Numbered from the whole stretch's first letter, positions 25,803 through 38,549 are shown. The stretch is 63,988 nt of DNA, filler included, from Diploschistes diacapsis (GCA_023645945.1; 4 parts of 4 records of this genome joined end to end with filler, not necessarily neighbours in it), one strand, 5' to 3'. Translations and numbers: made by a program. The notes: generated by a model from the sequence alone, not told the origin.

Positions 25803-26868
25803 AGCTACAGGTGCCCCACGAGAGAGCTCGCTGTAGTCTAGGTCTGCAGACGTAATCTCTGTGGTGTTGGTTGCAGCTTCACGACTGCTGCGAGAACTCA
25901 CTGAATGAGATCATGGAGGAAAGACGTGTTCAGCTTTTATATGGTGAATTATCACGGAATCGCACGGAGTCCCAGGCGTCCGGGAAACAGAGAAGTAAAG
26001 AATGGATGCGACATATCGTGGGTATCGGGCTAGATATGTTCGCACATGGTCTAGCGATGCTGTATCGTGATATATGGATATGGACTCTCTTTCACAAAAA
26101 TTTGGGCCTAGAGTGACATCCCAGCACCGGTTCCTTTTTCTGCGCATTTTCAAGACGGCCCTAGCGCTTGAGCCTCGGATTTTGCTGCCACACCCCCCGC
26201 AACGGTTTTCCGCTAATATAATATAAATGAATCGGGCAGTCAACCTTCCATGCCATCGGTCCTCTTGCATCATCTCAAGTCGTTGATTGATGAAAACTAT
26301 CTCGTATAATGGAAGGGAGCCACAGGTCTGGGCTTTCGGGCTGCATTTTACACGATCTGTCGATGAGGATGCTCTCCACGCTTTTGCTTTTCATGGATTC
26401 AGCATGTTCTTGACCCCTAGGTGGCATTCGCTGGAGGATCAACTAACTTGTTTGGTGTTTCTAAGTAAATGGTGAAAGTTTTTTTCCCTTGTGGGAGCTT
26501 CTAATTTCGCCATTGCTGCTAATTTCGAGGTTATGTGTTGTGAGCCGCAGCTCTTTGAGTATATATAGGAGGTATGTATTCCTGTGTTTCTTGGATCCTC
26601 TGCCTTGTCTGCACTGAAGGGAATGGTTTTCTTTTTCTTAAAGTACCAAAAACATACACGCTCTGCATAAATAACCTTTATCGAGCCATAGAAATGGACG
26701 TCTGGATTCCGAGACGTATAGAATGTTGTTACTGACTAGTTCAAGCAATGTACAAATTCTGGATATTTCCAGCCCAAAGTTTAGCCCATCGAATGCTTAT
26801 AGTACCCCAAAAGACAAGCTCAAATACGCCTTGCAATGCCGCTTGATTCGAACGGCCCAACCAGAATA

Positions 26869-29671
26869 CTAGATATCAACGCCTGTCCCACGTCCTTCCG
26901 TCTGTGCCTTTGAAAACTGATACACCAAGCCGAGAACGCCAGGATTGTGAGCCGTTGCTGATGAGCGTTCGGCTCCGTCAGCTTCGTCAGGCTCGCCGGC
27001 AGTCATTTTCCAAGATTCACCCAGCTGCGCATTGTCCTCTCCGTCTGCACTTCTCATTCCTCCGGAGCGATGGCTTGTTCCGACCTCTTCGTCCTCATTG
27101 TCCTCGATCACATCGGTAATGGCATGCCTTGTGGTGCGTAGGCGGGATTGAGCGGTGGGCCGAGACCCTGACTTGAACGGTGGTGGCTGGTGCTGGGGAT
27201 CGAGCAGGATCGATGTTAGCGGTGAGCCATGTCCGCCGAGTGCCTGTGGAATGAATCTTGGGGTTTGTGGGGGAGCCTGCGCGAAGCTTCGACTAGTACC
27301 AGATTGTGGACGGTCCAAAGCTACTGTCCGAGAATTTAACCCTCCGCCAAGAACGTTGGAGCTGCCAACACCGGGGAAAGCAGGATTTGCTTGCAACTCG
27401 TTGGCTTGGAGCGATTGGTAGGGGATGCCTTGCGGGTTGTTGACATAGTTATCCATGAAGTTATAGTAGGATGCAAGCATCTTGCCATCTTTGGTGGAAT
27501 AGTAGTCATCTCTTAGATCCTGGCTTTCGGGTGCTTTCCCTTTGCTCTGACGCTGCGGATTATCTTCGCCTTTGTTGAAGTCGAAAATCGCGAACGAGCA
27601 AACGTAGCCGAGACCGTCGACATGGATCGTGAATTCTCGGAAGAAGTCGACAATTCGCTCGCTGCACTTGGGAAGAGTGAACCATAGCACGAACGGTGTA
27701 ACGAGGATGCTCAGAACCTCTTGCAGGAAGAGCACGACCTTCATCTGATAGAGCTGCGCGAACTCATCCCGAACCTCTGCACTGTGCAGCCTTCCCTTCC
27801 AATGACTTGGCGAATGGTGCGTGAAGCGGATGACCAAGTTCAGAGCATATTCTGGTTCAAAAATCACGGCTTCTTCGGTACCACTGCCGCGTGTTGCGGC
27901 ATAGATACTAGTAAACACAGTAAGGTAGAAGAGCACAGATCTTCCGGGTGTAAGTTCAAACCCAAGAAATGACTCGGCGTCAATGATAGACGTCAAGGCC
28001 AGGACCGCTGCAATAGCGCCAGTGATGAAAGCCACGAATCGAGCAAATAGCGCAGTTTTGTGCTTTGGAAACTGATTAATATAACGCGCCGCAAACGGAT
28101 AGGACATGAGTGCTCGCTTCTCGAAAAGATGAGAAAGCTCGTTAAACTCCCGAAACTTCCACTCCGCATGAGGCGTATACTGTCGAGAGCCGATAGAGGA
28201 CGGATTCTTTTGATACTCGCTAAAATTTTGGAAGAAATAAAAAACCATGACATAAATGACAGCGAACGGAGCAATGATGATGTCCAGTATGCCTACCAGG
28301 AAGAACCTCAAGCGAAGGCTTTCCGCCAATTCCTTTCGAGAAGTATCTCTAAGAAACTCCCTCCCAGGTTGACCTCTCCTATCGAAGACGAAGTCCATTA
28401 TACACAAACTCAAGTTCCACTCCATTGTTTTGGAAAAAAAAGATCTATTAGCTAGGAACGGAATCGGCAGGGTCATGTCGAGAATTTCCTTATTCATTAG
28501 TGCAATCATATAGTTGTCGCGGCGCATTAGTCGGTTGGCTATATCGTGGGCGTCCATCCTCTGCTTGGACTGTGTACCAAGAAATTGACGATGTCTTTCA
28601 GAAAGGCGTACTACAGTAGCGGGATTCAGGTCCCTCAATGCCATAAGTCTCTTCACTATTTCCTGCCACTGTATGGTTTGGATTTCCGTGTCCGGGACCT
28701 CCAGCAAGTAGAGATAAAAGTCATGCATCCGCTTCAAGCGAGGTACATCCCGTATTGTCCCAAAGATCTGCCAGATCCAGATGAATGCGCAGACGAAGAT
28801 CAGGAAATTGAAGAAGCCCGACATCCTCTGCGTGCATTGCGGAATTAGTATCTCCGACATTTGCTTGCTTCCCTTGACCTTGTTGAAATCGATGCACGAG
28901 GTGAGAAACACGGAGAATCCAATCACGAAAGCGGATGTCCTGGCAAAGAGATTAGTAGACAATACAACGGAGAGGCCCAAGGACTTGCATTAGATTAAGT
29001 ACAGAACGAAGCAGGATCGAGTAGATCCCCTTACCAAGATAGTATTGGTACACATCCTGGAGGAAGTTGTCCAAGTTCTGCACATTAGCCCATCTCCACA
29101 ACGCCTTCTCTCGAGGGCTCGCCAGCAGAGTGTTCTGCTTCCTTGGCCTTTGCGTCCTCCCTGCATAAGCAGGTAGAATATTAGGATCCTGGTACAGCCT
29201 TTGCTGCTGCTGCGTAGCTCTCCATTTCGCACGAGTTGCGCCTGAGGCACGCCCAGCTACCGGAACAGCGCTGAAATTCGGCGCCTGGGGCGGAGCGGTT
29301 TGTCGCTTGGATGAAGGTCTAGCAGGCTGATCGACCTCAACAAGGAGCGAGGCAGGGACTTCGTCGTTGGCTTCGTCGACCTCGTGAGTTCGCGGCGACA
29401 TCTCCCGGAACCTCGGGGGTCGTTCTTGGCTCGACGAGCTTTTGGAATGGGTAGATGGCGGTGAGCCGTCGAGACCCAACCCATTCTCCATAGCATCGAC
29501 CAGCTCCGGGTCAAGGTGTAGATTGCGATGGCCGAGATTCTCTTCGTCCAGCTCATTCCCAGCTCTTGCCTCGAGGTCCACTGAGTTCGACTCATCCTCT
29601 TCCCCTCGGATAGCTTCGTAGATGGATGGCGAGCCAAACGGCAGCAGACGCGAGAGTATATTCGATGTCAT
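26869..29671 (-). CDS. ATG9: Autophagy protein Atg9
   Basis: One GC-AG intron 28940-28988. Motifs WRWANVQNLDNFL, MDAHDIANRLMRRDNY, WKFREFNELSHLF, VDFFREFTIHVDGLGYVCSFA, GKMLASYYNF. Confidence 0.97.
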
Positions 29672-30164
29672 TCTGCACTTGTATCGGCAAGCGAAGGTGG
29701 TTCGAGGAGACACCAATGAAATCTGGTCTGGCAGCTATTTAGGGAGGCAGGTGCTCAGGAAGTATTTTGAACACCATCGCTACCAAGTTAATGGCCGACA
29801 AAACTCGTTTCTAAGTCATGGCAGTGCCAGTTATGGTCGCATGCATCACCAGACCAAACAGGCTCTAAAAGAAGCGTACCTCAAGTGACGGTCAGATGTC
29901 GAATCAATGTATGGAGAGACGTGATGAATGACTCGGGTCCTGAAAATGACCGCGTGCCCTCAACATCAAGTTGGCCCTAAGTCTCCTTCTGGTGCGGCCT
30001 AACTATTAGCGTGCTGTGTATGCTCAGTAGGCGCTGTGCCTTGTTATTCTTACATATGTAAGAGCGTACTAAGAATTAGGGCACACTGAATGCTGTACCT
30101 GAGGGCTTGGCAGTTTCCGCCGCATTATCTCGGTGTAGAAGCTGCTTGCAACACCCATTTCAAG

Positions 30165-32339
30165 ATGAATGGCTTAGAGATCGAGTCCGGGGCTTATTCT
30201 ACAGCCTTCGATGATGGTTCAACTTCACTGTCTGGAGGACAGAGGTTCTCGGCTCTATCGAATAAGATCACGAGCATTCTATCGACATCCTATGTAGATA
30301 CTGAGATCCGTGAGGCGTTTCGGACACTTGACGAGCGACACGTACAAAATACACCTGAAGCCAGGCGGCGCTTGAGAATTGATGCGCAGAAGGAGGTCAT
30401 TGACTGCAACGGGAATATTGTTAGAGACTTTGGGAAGGTTGCTGATGTTTGTGTTCATACATGAGATTCAGAAGGCTTGGTAGACTAATGTAGACAAAAA
30501 GCAACTTAAACAGATAGGCTCGACAATCGAGAGCTTGAATCGCATTGTGCAGGATATGAAAACGCATGTCGGTGCAGCACAAAAAGAAACAGCCCTCATT
30601 TTAGATGAAACCGATGTGTTGCTTCATCAGAAGCAAGATGTCGAGACCAAGCAGCAGTTACTTGATGCCTTTAATCAGCACTTTACGCTGTCGGACGAGG
30701 AGCTGGAAACGCTCACTGCCTCCAGCACCGTCGTTGACGATAGTTTTTTTGCTCTTCTTGGCCGATTAAAACGCATCCATGCCGACTGTCAGGTCCTGCT
30801 CGGCTCAGAAAACCAGCAGCTGGGCCTAGAGCTGATGGAAGACACCTCGCGTACACTCAACGGCGCGTTCCAAAAGCTTTTTCGATGGGTGCAGAAGGAA
30901 TTCAAAACGTTCGATCTTGAGAACCCTCGCATGAATGCCCCCATTCGTCGAGCTTTAAGAGCCCTGGCAGAACGGCCCACCCTGTTCCAAGAGTGCCTCG
31001 ACTTCTTCGCAGAGGCTAGGGAACGAAATCTTTCGGACGCCTTCTACAGCGCGTTGATGGGATCGAGCACGCAGACCGACGACCCGACAACGAAGCCCAT
31101 GGAATACTTCGCGCATGACCCGCTTAGATTTGTGGGAGATATGCTAGCATGGACGCACTCGGCGTCGGTTTCGGAGCGCGAATCCCTAGAGGTTCTCTTC
31201 ATCTCCGAAGGCAACGAAATGGCCAAGGGCATCCAGCGGGGTCTGGAAAGCGAGCCCTGGACGCAGGAAGGAAACGGTGACACGTTCGACGCCAAGAAGT
31301 CGCTCGAGTCCCTCGTCAATCGGGGCCTAGCCGGCGTGTCGCGCGCCCTGCGGCAGCGTATCGAACAAGTGATCAAAAGCGACGAAGACCCCGTGCTGGC
31401 CTATAAGATCGCCAATCTCCTTGACTTCTACCGTCTCACCTTCTTCCGCCTGCTCAGTTCCTCCTCCGATCCCGACTCGAGCCCCCTCCTCTCCAACCTC
31501 GCCAGCCTCCACGCCTCCGCCATGCACCAGTACCTCCGCACGATGCAAGACCACATCGCCTCGCTCCCCACGGACTCCAGCACCGCCGCCGTCCCCACGG
31601 ACCTCGGACCACCGGACTTCCTCCTCTCCGCTCTGCACCGCCTCCGCTCGCTCCTCAAAACGCACGACTCCTCCTACGACACCCCAGAGACGAAACAAGC
31701 CACCTTTGACCCCATCCTGACCTCAGCCCTCGACCCTTTCCTCACCACCTGCACCGACACCATCGCTCCCACGCTGCCCGCCCCCGCAGACAGCGTCTTC
31801 GCCATCAACGCCCTCCTCGCCACGAAATCCGTCCTCGCCCCACACTCCTCCTTCGTGTCCCCGCGCCTCGCCAGCCTCGATGCCACGCTCGAAGCCCAGG
31901 CCCAGGCCCTTACCGCCTACCAGCACGCCTTCCTGCGCCAGACCTCGGGCCTGGAACCCCTCCTCGTCGCGCTGGGCCCGTTCACAGCCCAAGCGTCCTC
32001 ATCCTCCTCCTCCTCCTCCTCTTCTTCCTCTTCTTCTTCTTCTTCTCCTTCCCCCCCCTCCTCCTCGTCGCCCCCACCAGGAAAAGAAGACAATCTCCTC
32101 GCCCTCTTCAAGCTCGAGCCCTTCCAGCCCCAAGCCCTGGCCGACGCCGCGCAGGCCCTGGACGACTTCCTGCCCTCGGCGCTGATGGACGCGGGGGAGA
32201 ACCTGAAGCTGCTGCGGGATCTGGGGATGGCGGAGGACATCACGGCGGAAGCGGCGGCGCGGTTCTGCGAGGACTTCGACGTGGTGGAGGGGGCGCTGGA
32301 GGGGGCGGACGAGGCGCTTGAGAGGAGAGAGAGCGAGAG
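30165..32339 (+). CDS. COG6: Conserved oligomeric Golgi complex subunit 6, 3' end truncated
   Basis: Intron 30447-30501. Motifs [43 protein letters not shown]. Confidence 0.95.
31996..32070 (+). repeat. (TCC/TCT)n tract encoding poly-Ser/Pro in COG6
   Basis: About 17 consecutive Ser codons followed by PSPPSSSS. Confidence 0.9.
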
Positions 32340-32439
32340 NNNNNNNNNNNNNNNNNNNNNNNNNNNNNNNNNNNNNNNNNNNNTTAATTAATTAANNNNN
32401 NNNNNNNNNNNNNNNNNNNNNNNNNNNNNNNNNNNNNNN
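32340..32439. other. Artificial contig linker
   Basis: N44-TTAATTAATTAA-N44. Confidence 0.99.
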
Positions 32440-32486
32440 TCCCTCATCACGGTCCCCTCTCTCGAAACCCAGGCAAAGGCGACAGC

Positions 32487-35351
32487 CTATGGAGCAAACA
32501 GCAGCCCGCTCACCTGGCCAACAAACCCTTCCAAGCCCGAAACCCCGTCGGCGACCGTCTTCGGCATAACGAGGACCCGCCGCCCGGCCTCGACCCACTC
32601 GCGCGAGCCGACAAAGTGGAACACGACTTCGATATTCTTCGGCGGCGCAGGTTGGTTGCGTACTTGTTTCTTGTCCGTATCCGCCGAAAGGCGCGGCGGA
32701 AAACTGTACTCGCCCTCTTGCGCGGCGACGGCGGGGGTTTGGGGCTCGGTGTCGAACATGAAGAGGCTGTCTTCTTCATCGTCATCGTCATCTTCTTCTT
32801 TTTCTTCCCCTGCGACTAAAGAGTCGGTGGGGGAGGGTTCGGCGAGACTTGTCAGGCTGGCGGTGTCGGCATCGAGGGCTTCGACGGAGACGATTCGGCC
32901 TGAAGCCCGCACACTCGCAATGTAGACGTCAAACGCTGCGGCCGGCTCCATGATGCGGTAGTCTTCTGCTGGAAAGACGGCTTTGAAACCCGAGCAAGCC
33001 GTAGGCTCTTCGCGATGAGTCGAATTCTGTCGGATCAACACCATGCCTTTTCGAAGCTTCGGTGCAGCCTCTGTTCCTTCCACCCCATTCGTAAACTCAA
33101 CACCAACGGTGCCGACCTGGCCCGCCAAAAGCCTCAGTAGCGGCAATCGAAGGTTGCGGATGCTGACGATCCGAACAACAACCCACTCGTTACTCGAGGC
33201 AGTCACTGCACGGTCTGTAGATGACGTATCCTCAGAAACCAGTCTTGCATGATTAGGGGTAATCGCATCCAGATAAGAATGTGGCCGAGGGTCGCTATGG
33301 CTGAGCTTCGTAGTGGGACTGCTGGACAGTCTAACGGGATACGACCGCGCTCTGCTTATTTCAAGTGGCCGTACTTCTGCAGCATGGTCTGTAGCGAAAG
33401 GGCCGAGGAGACAAGCATCCCCGACAGCGAGATCATTGTAGCTCAAATGGCCGCTAAGGATGAAACCCGTTCGTGGGACAATCTCTTCTCCTGTCAGGTT
33501 CCTTTGAGCTGTTTGGACCCTGGAGAAGATCTCGTCGACGTGAAAGACCGAGTTGAGAGGCCCGAGTGCTTCGAGTACGCCGTTGCCACTCAGTCCTCGG
33601 GGTATTGGAAGATGACGAAGGAGGGCATGAAGCTTAAGAATACCACCTCCCTTGACAGCGCTTGTAAAGACTATAGGCACAAGACCGTCCGTATCGTTGT
33701 TTTGCAACACGGAGCGGACTTCCTCTTCCTCTTTCACAGGAATGTGCCGTAGCTCCTCGCTCAACCGCGGGGTGGGGTCGGGCCTAAGGACCACAGGGTT
33801 CCTTCCATAAGCCTTAATAGTGGAAAGGACCTTTGAAAGATTGTTTCTGAGGCCTTGGTTCGTAGCAGCATCAAGCTTAGTGATGACGACAATTAAAGGT
33901 AAGCCAAGCTTCAGACAGAGCTCGAGATGTGCGCGCGACGGGTCAGCATCGGCGGCCACGGAACCCCCAAGGCCTTCTCGCCCTGCAACAGTCGCAGCGG
34001 TGGCAGCACCTGCATCTCCCTCTTCGTCTGCAGCAATGCAGCAAAGGGTCCAGTGGGGTGCCCACGAGACCAGCCCCCGGACCGTAGTCCTCTTGTATCG
34101 CGGATGCCCGGCAGAATCTACAAGAAACACCAACCTCTCGCCTTCGGCTGTGTTGTGCACGTCATTCCAAGAAGAGACGTTGCCACAGCCGTAATTAACC
34201 ACGCTCGTTACATGGCTGCTGCCTGTTATCTCTAGCTGTGAGCGGTAGCCGATAAGCTCGGGTGCCACCGAGCTCGTGATTCCACTCTCAATCTCGTGCC
34301 GATGCTTGAGCAAGTTGAGTCTGGTCTTGCCTCGACCGCTGTCCAGTGCCGAGGTGGACAACGTCCCGACGAGAGAAGACTTGCCCGAAGTTGTGGCCCC
34401 GGTCAGTGATACTCGCAGCTGCTCAGTATGCGAGTCTTCGATCTGAACCTCCCGATCATCCCTACTTTTGATTAATGACGGGGTCACGTACTTGGGCGCG
34501 TCCAGTGGCGAGGTGGGAGCATCCTTCGACGAATGAGCGTTGGTGTCCGGCAGCACTAGAGCCTCCACCACCCATAGCTTCTCCGTGCGTAGAGTCTCGA
34601 CCACCAAATCGGCTGACCCTTCCGTGCCGTTGAGAGTGTCCGTCCATTCGCAATCACCCACAATCACCGTACGCAGGATCTCAACCTTACATCCCAGACT
34701 CGCCGACATTGCCCGCAGGTTGATTAGACTTTCGTCCATCTCGTCCCTGGTCAGGCCGGCGAAAACGCCATCGTCGGAAACGCCGATTTCGTACAGCGCC
34801 CCACGACTATCTTCCAGGCCGGGAAGCAATCTTCCCGTTTTTGCCGGCGGTCCTAGCACTGGACCCGTTTCAGGTAATGCAGGCGGCACGAGCTTCACGG
34901 CTGACGACGAGTGAAACGGGGAAGACTGCTGCAGTCTCCATAGCAGCTGAGTGGTCAGATGCTCGAGCCGCTTCTGTCTGGCTTGCGGTGGCGGTTGGAG
35001 GCTCGAGAATCCTCTGTTGGCGATCTTTGAGCCTGCTTTTAGGGGCGGAAGCTTGGTCCTGGATTGATACGAGCCCGACAGGTAAGACCCCGTCGAAATG
35101 GACGAGAAGGATCGCCTCGACCTAAGAAGAAGGTGCAGCTTGTACTCTGTCGGGCCGTCTTGTGGCTCGGCTTCAAGTTTCACAATAGCCAAACCGGAAA
35201 GCAGAGAGGGGGGTGGGGCTAGGAGGCCTCCTAGCAAGAGCCCGTGAGTAGTCAGTCCAGCATCTTGCATGCGCGACGTCGATACTGGAGTGCCAGACCA
35301 TGGTGAGGAGATCCTGGGGGGATCAGGATCGTACGTGAACACCGACGCCAT
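32487..35351 (-). CDS. GTPBP1/GTPBP2-like translational GTPase (954 aa)
   Basis: Intronless. G1 GATTSGKS, switch RHEIESGITSS, G3 DSAGH, G4 TKLD, FTSAV, N-terminal EYKL and YEIGVSDDG, followed by beta-barrel domains. Confidence 0.9.
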   Translation of the reverse strand: MASVFTYDPDPPRISSPWSGTPVSTSRMQDAGLTTHGLLLGGLLAPPPSLLSGLAIVKLEAEPQDGPTEYKLHLLLRSRRSFSSISTGSYLSGSYQSRTKLPPLKAGSKIANRGFSSLQPPPQARQKRLEHLTTQLLWRLQQSSPFHSSSAVKLVPPALPETGPVLGPPAKTGRLLPGLEDSRGALYEIGVSDDGVFAGLTRDEMDESLINLRAMSASLGCKVEILRTVIVGDCEWTDTLNGTEGSADLVVETLRTEKLWVVEALVLPDTNAHSSKDAPTSPLDAPKYVTPSLIKSRDDREVQIEDSHTEQLRVSLTGATTSGKSSLVGTLSTSALDSGRGKTRLNLLKHRHEIESGITSSVAPELIGYRSQLEITGSSHVTSVVNYGCGNVSSWNDVHNTAEGERLVFLVDSAGHPRYKRTTVRGLVSWAPHWTLCCIAADEEGDAGAATAATVAGREGLGGSVAADADPSRAHLELCLKLGLPLIVVITKLDAATNQGLRNNLSKVLSTIKAYGRNPVVLRPDPTPRLSEELRHIPVKEEEEVRSVLQNNDTDGLVPIVFTSAVKGGGILKLHALLRHLPIPRGLSGNGVLEALGPLNSVFHVDEIFSRVQTAQRNLTGEEIVPRTGFILSGHLSYNDLAVGDACLLGPFATDHAAEVRPLEISRARSYPVRLSSSPTTKLSHSDPRPHSYLDAITPNHARLVSEDTSSTDRAVTASSNEWVVVRIVSIRNLRLPLLRLLAGQVGTVGVEFTNGVEGTEAAPKLRKGMVLIRQNSTHREEPTACSGFKAVFPAEDYRIMEPAAAFDVYIASVRASGRIVSVEALDADTASLTSLAEPSPTDSLVAGEEKEEDDDDDEEDSLFMFDTEPQTPAVAAQEGEYSFPPRLSADTDKKQVRNQPAPPKNIEVVFHFVGSREWVEAGRRVLVMPKTVADGVSGLEGFVGQVSGLLFAP

Positions 35352-38300
35352 GCTTTTGCTGGTTGAAGATTCTTTCCTCTTCCAAACATGAGATATTGGC
35401 AGGCGGAACTTACAACGTATGCGGTATCAGAAGCAAGGCCGCTGCCGCCGTTGTATTCGATGTTGATATGCCTTGTATAAAGCCCTAGTGTTTGTATGCG
35501 GGTGGCGTACTTGAAACAGCTTCGACAGGGAAGGAAGCATCTTGTCGGACGCTTGTTGGACCGTTGCTAGGTTGGTCTGGAAGATGTCTTCTGCAAGCAA
35601 GGTAACTGGCTGATGAGCCCTAAACAATCTCTAGAGAGAGGCTAATCTCACGGCAGTGAGAGCGAGGCGAGTACGAGAGCTAGAAAGCCCTCTTGTGCCG
35701 CGATGGATTGTTATAGTAAAACCGATTAGAATAGTTTAAACGATGGGTAGCCAAGAATATGCAGACATGACCACAGAGGCTGCGTGGGTTATCAAACGCT
35801 TCAACGCTTCAACGGACTTTGAATCATCTCAAAACAATGGAGGCTTCTGTTGGTCATTGTGTCCAGCGACTTGTAGCCTCAGGCTGGAAGGCACGGCCCG
35901 TGACTCGGCCCGTGAACAAGCGAGCAAAGCCTCTACTAGCACTAACTTAGCTGCTCTCGGGCCAAATAATCGGCATGCCGAGATCTCATCTCCATCTTCA
36001 ACAACTCCAGTTCCGTAGACACGCTACTACTAACGGTGATGGCAGTGATGGGAAAGTCAGACTTTGAAGGCGTACTCCACTTAGTACTCTCGTAGGAATC
36101 CCTACAGATATGCTATAGCTTCTTCTGGTTACTTAGCTCTGCAGGGAACAACGTGTGTGCATGGCATGTGTAGATTGGAGATTCATACGTGGCTGAATCA
36201 TGCCGACGAACAGGCACTGATCCCTGTATCATGGTATACCCTTTCATGGGAATCCTCATTGTCTATTAAAAAACGTCGGGTTGTCGGGCTATCTTACTCT
36301 TAAGTACTTCTGTAGTATAGTTGGGATGTTGATTCCGAAGCCTGTATGACGCCTCTGCGATCCGTATCCGATACTCAGGATCGAGGGTCTCCAATCCTTG
36401 GATTTGGGCGATGTCTGCGTCGAGGAATGGGGTTTGGGCGTCCCGCTGTGCCCTTGTGGGGCCTCACCATGTGGGAGCTTTGTACCATGGAGTGCAAATG
36501 CAGGATGGCTTAGCCCCCGAGGCTATCGGCCTGTATATGTTGGTATTGAGTCAGTTGAATGTTTTCAAGGCCCCGAAGCTATAGGCTTCACTGAGGAATG
36601 GCCAGCGATGGCCCAGATGAGTGCCGAAGTAGTCGGCAATGCACCAGAACTTAGGTTAGTGAAAACGACAAAGACATACTCGCATACTTCCTACTGTTCG
36701 TGCAGGCTACCCACAGGCTAGGGAAACAAATCATGAATGCTGGATGAGACTTCCATCCGGGATGAAACTCAAACGTTCCCTCCGAGGCACGATTCCATAT
36801 TTCGCTGTTGGGAAATTCCTGAGGACCGAAGCGCTGGGGCTGCTGTGGGCACCCATAAGCAGCTTGTCTCCGCCATTCGATCCACCTGAGGATTTTGACT
36901 TCATGGCGGACAAAGCAGCCTTTAACCAACATGGCTAACATCACCATTGACTCCGCTCGAAAGACAGGCACGCAAGAATTAGGGTATATGAAAAGACTAA
37001 CGACGATCCGTAATTTCGGCGAGCCGAGCGAGAATCCCATAATAAGAAGCGGCTGAGCGAGAAGCCGCTTACTTAGATTTGCTTCCACCTTAGGTAATCC
37101 GGCAGCCGGCTCGTCCTCGATCCTTTCCAGCTGCCCGGAGTTTTTCAAGCTATTCCCTGTCCTTTAGTCCCCCTGCCCCAACTAGTTGTACACCCCATAC
37201 AGTACTGTAGCTCGGTCGAGCTGTGCAGTGCAGTACAGGCTGCATATCGAATAGCAAGCCCGTTGTGACTGCAACCCTCCTGTGACGCCTGGCGAAGCAC
37301 AAGCTGTACTACTCTAGGCTTGGTGTACTGAAAACCAGGGATATGACGGGTCCTTCTTCGTCATTATGCCTGGGTCCCAGAGAAAGTTGTTGTGTTGGCT
37401 GAGGTTGCCGTGACTGCTATTCGTCAACGGTGAGTCAACCCCAAGTTTCGGCTCGAAATGGTGAAGGCTCCTTTGAGTTTAGGTAGCTTGGCTTCATTGT
37501 TAGATAGCTTATGATTTGCTATTAGTAGTTGATATGGGCAGTGGCACATAATGCAAACCACACAACGTAAAGTTGCGCGGACCCTTTTTGCACCCCGTCG
37601 AATAGATTGTCGTATGGTTGACTAGATAAGAAACCATCCATCTGCTAGCTTGCAGGCTGGAGACTTGGACCCGCTGTTATTTCCCATGCGCTGCCCAAGA
37701 ATCTCTCTTTGTTCCGGGCTAGAAGTAGTGTTAACAAGGTCATGAACCGCAAGAAGTTTCGTCGAAAGTATTGCGAGCATAGTGTGGTATTCGTACGTGA
37801 CATCATGAAGTCGGTCTCACTCCAGTGCTTTCTGCGACTGTTGTATTTGTCAGAATGCACGCCGTCGCGAAACATCTAGCGGGTCATGGATCATGGCGGT
37901 GTAGATTACTATCAAAGCATGATAGTGTAATCTGTGGGTACGTACACACACCCGAAGACAACCCGTAAAGGCCGAGGCCTATAGTGCCATAAGCAGCATA
38001 CACGAAACCACAACCTGATGTCGTCTAAGCCTATTGTTCGTTGACCCATGTTGTGTCTTGCCAATGGTTCATCACGATTGCTTGCAGCATTTTGCAAATA
38101 TGGATGGGACACTTTATTTGAAGTGGATTCCATAGCAGAGCATATACGTAGCTTCTGTTAGCACTGGAGTCATCTACAGTCAAAACCCTCGGTTCTCTTG
38201 GTTAAGCAATCCTAGCCACAAGAATCTCGTCGTCTAGTATCGTCTCGCAAAACTCAAAAGGTCGGGTATATATATGTGCGTTAATAAGTCACAGAATGGG

Positions 38301-38549
38301 GGTATTGAGCCATCTCGCGGAATGATGCCGTGCACGAATGCGTCGCAACGTTGGCGACTGGATGCTGCTTCCCCAAACTCCTTCGCCATGCATGAATGTT
38401 GATCCGACCAAATCCCCGTAGGAGCCCAACGAATACGCTTCTTTTTCCTTTCGTAATTCACTCATTCCCGGCGTGTAGCGGTCATCCGCCTCTTGAAATC
38501 ACTGCCACGAAAACATGCCATTCCAAAAGTCGGGAGGCTGCCTCTTCGT

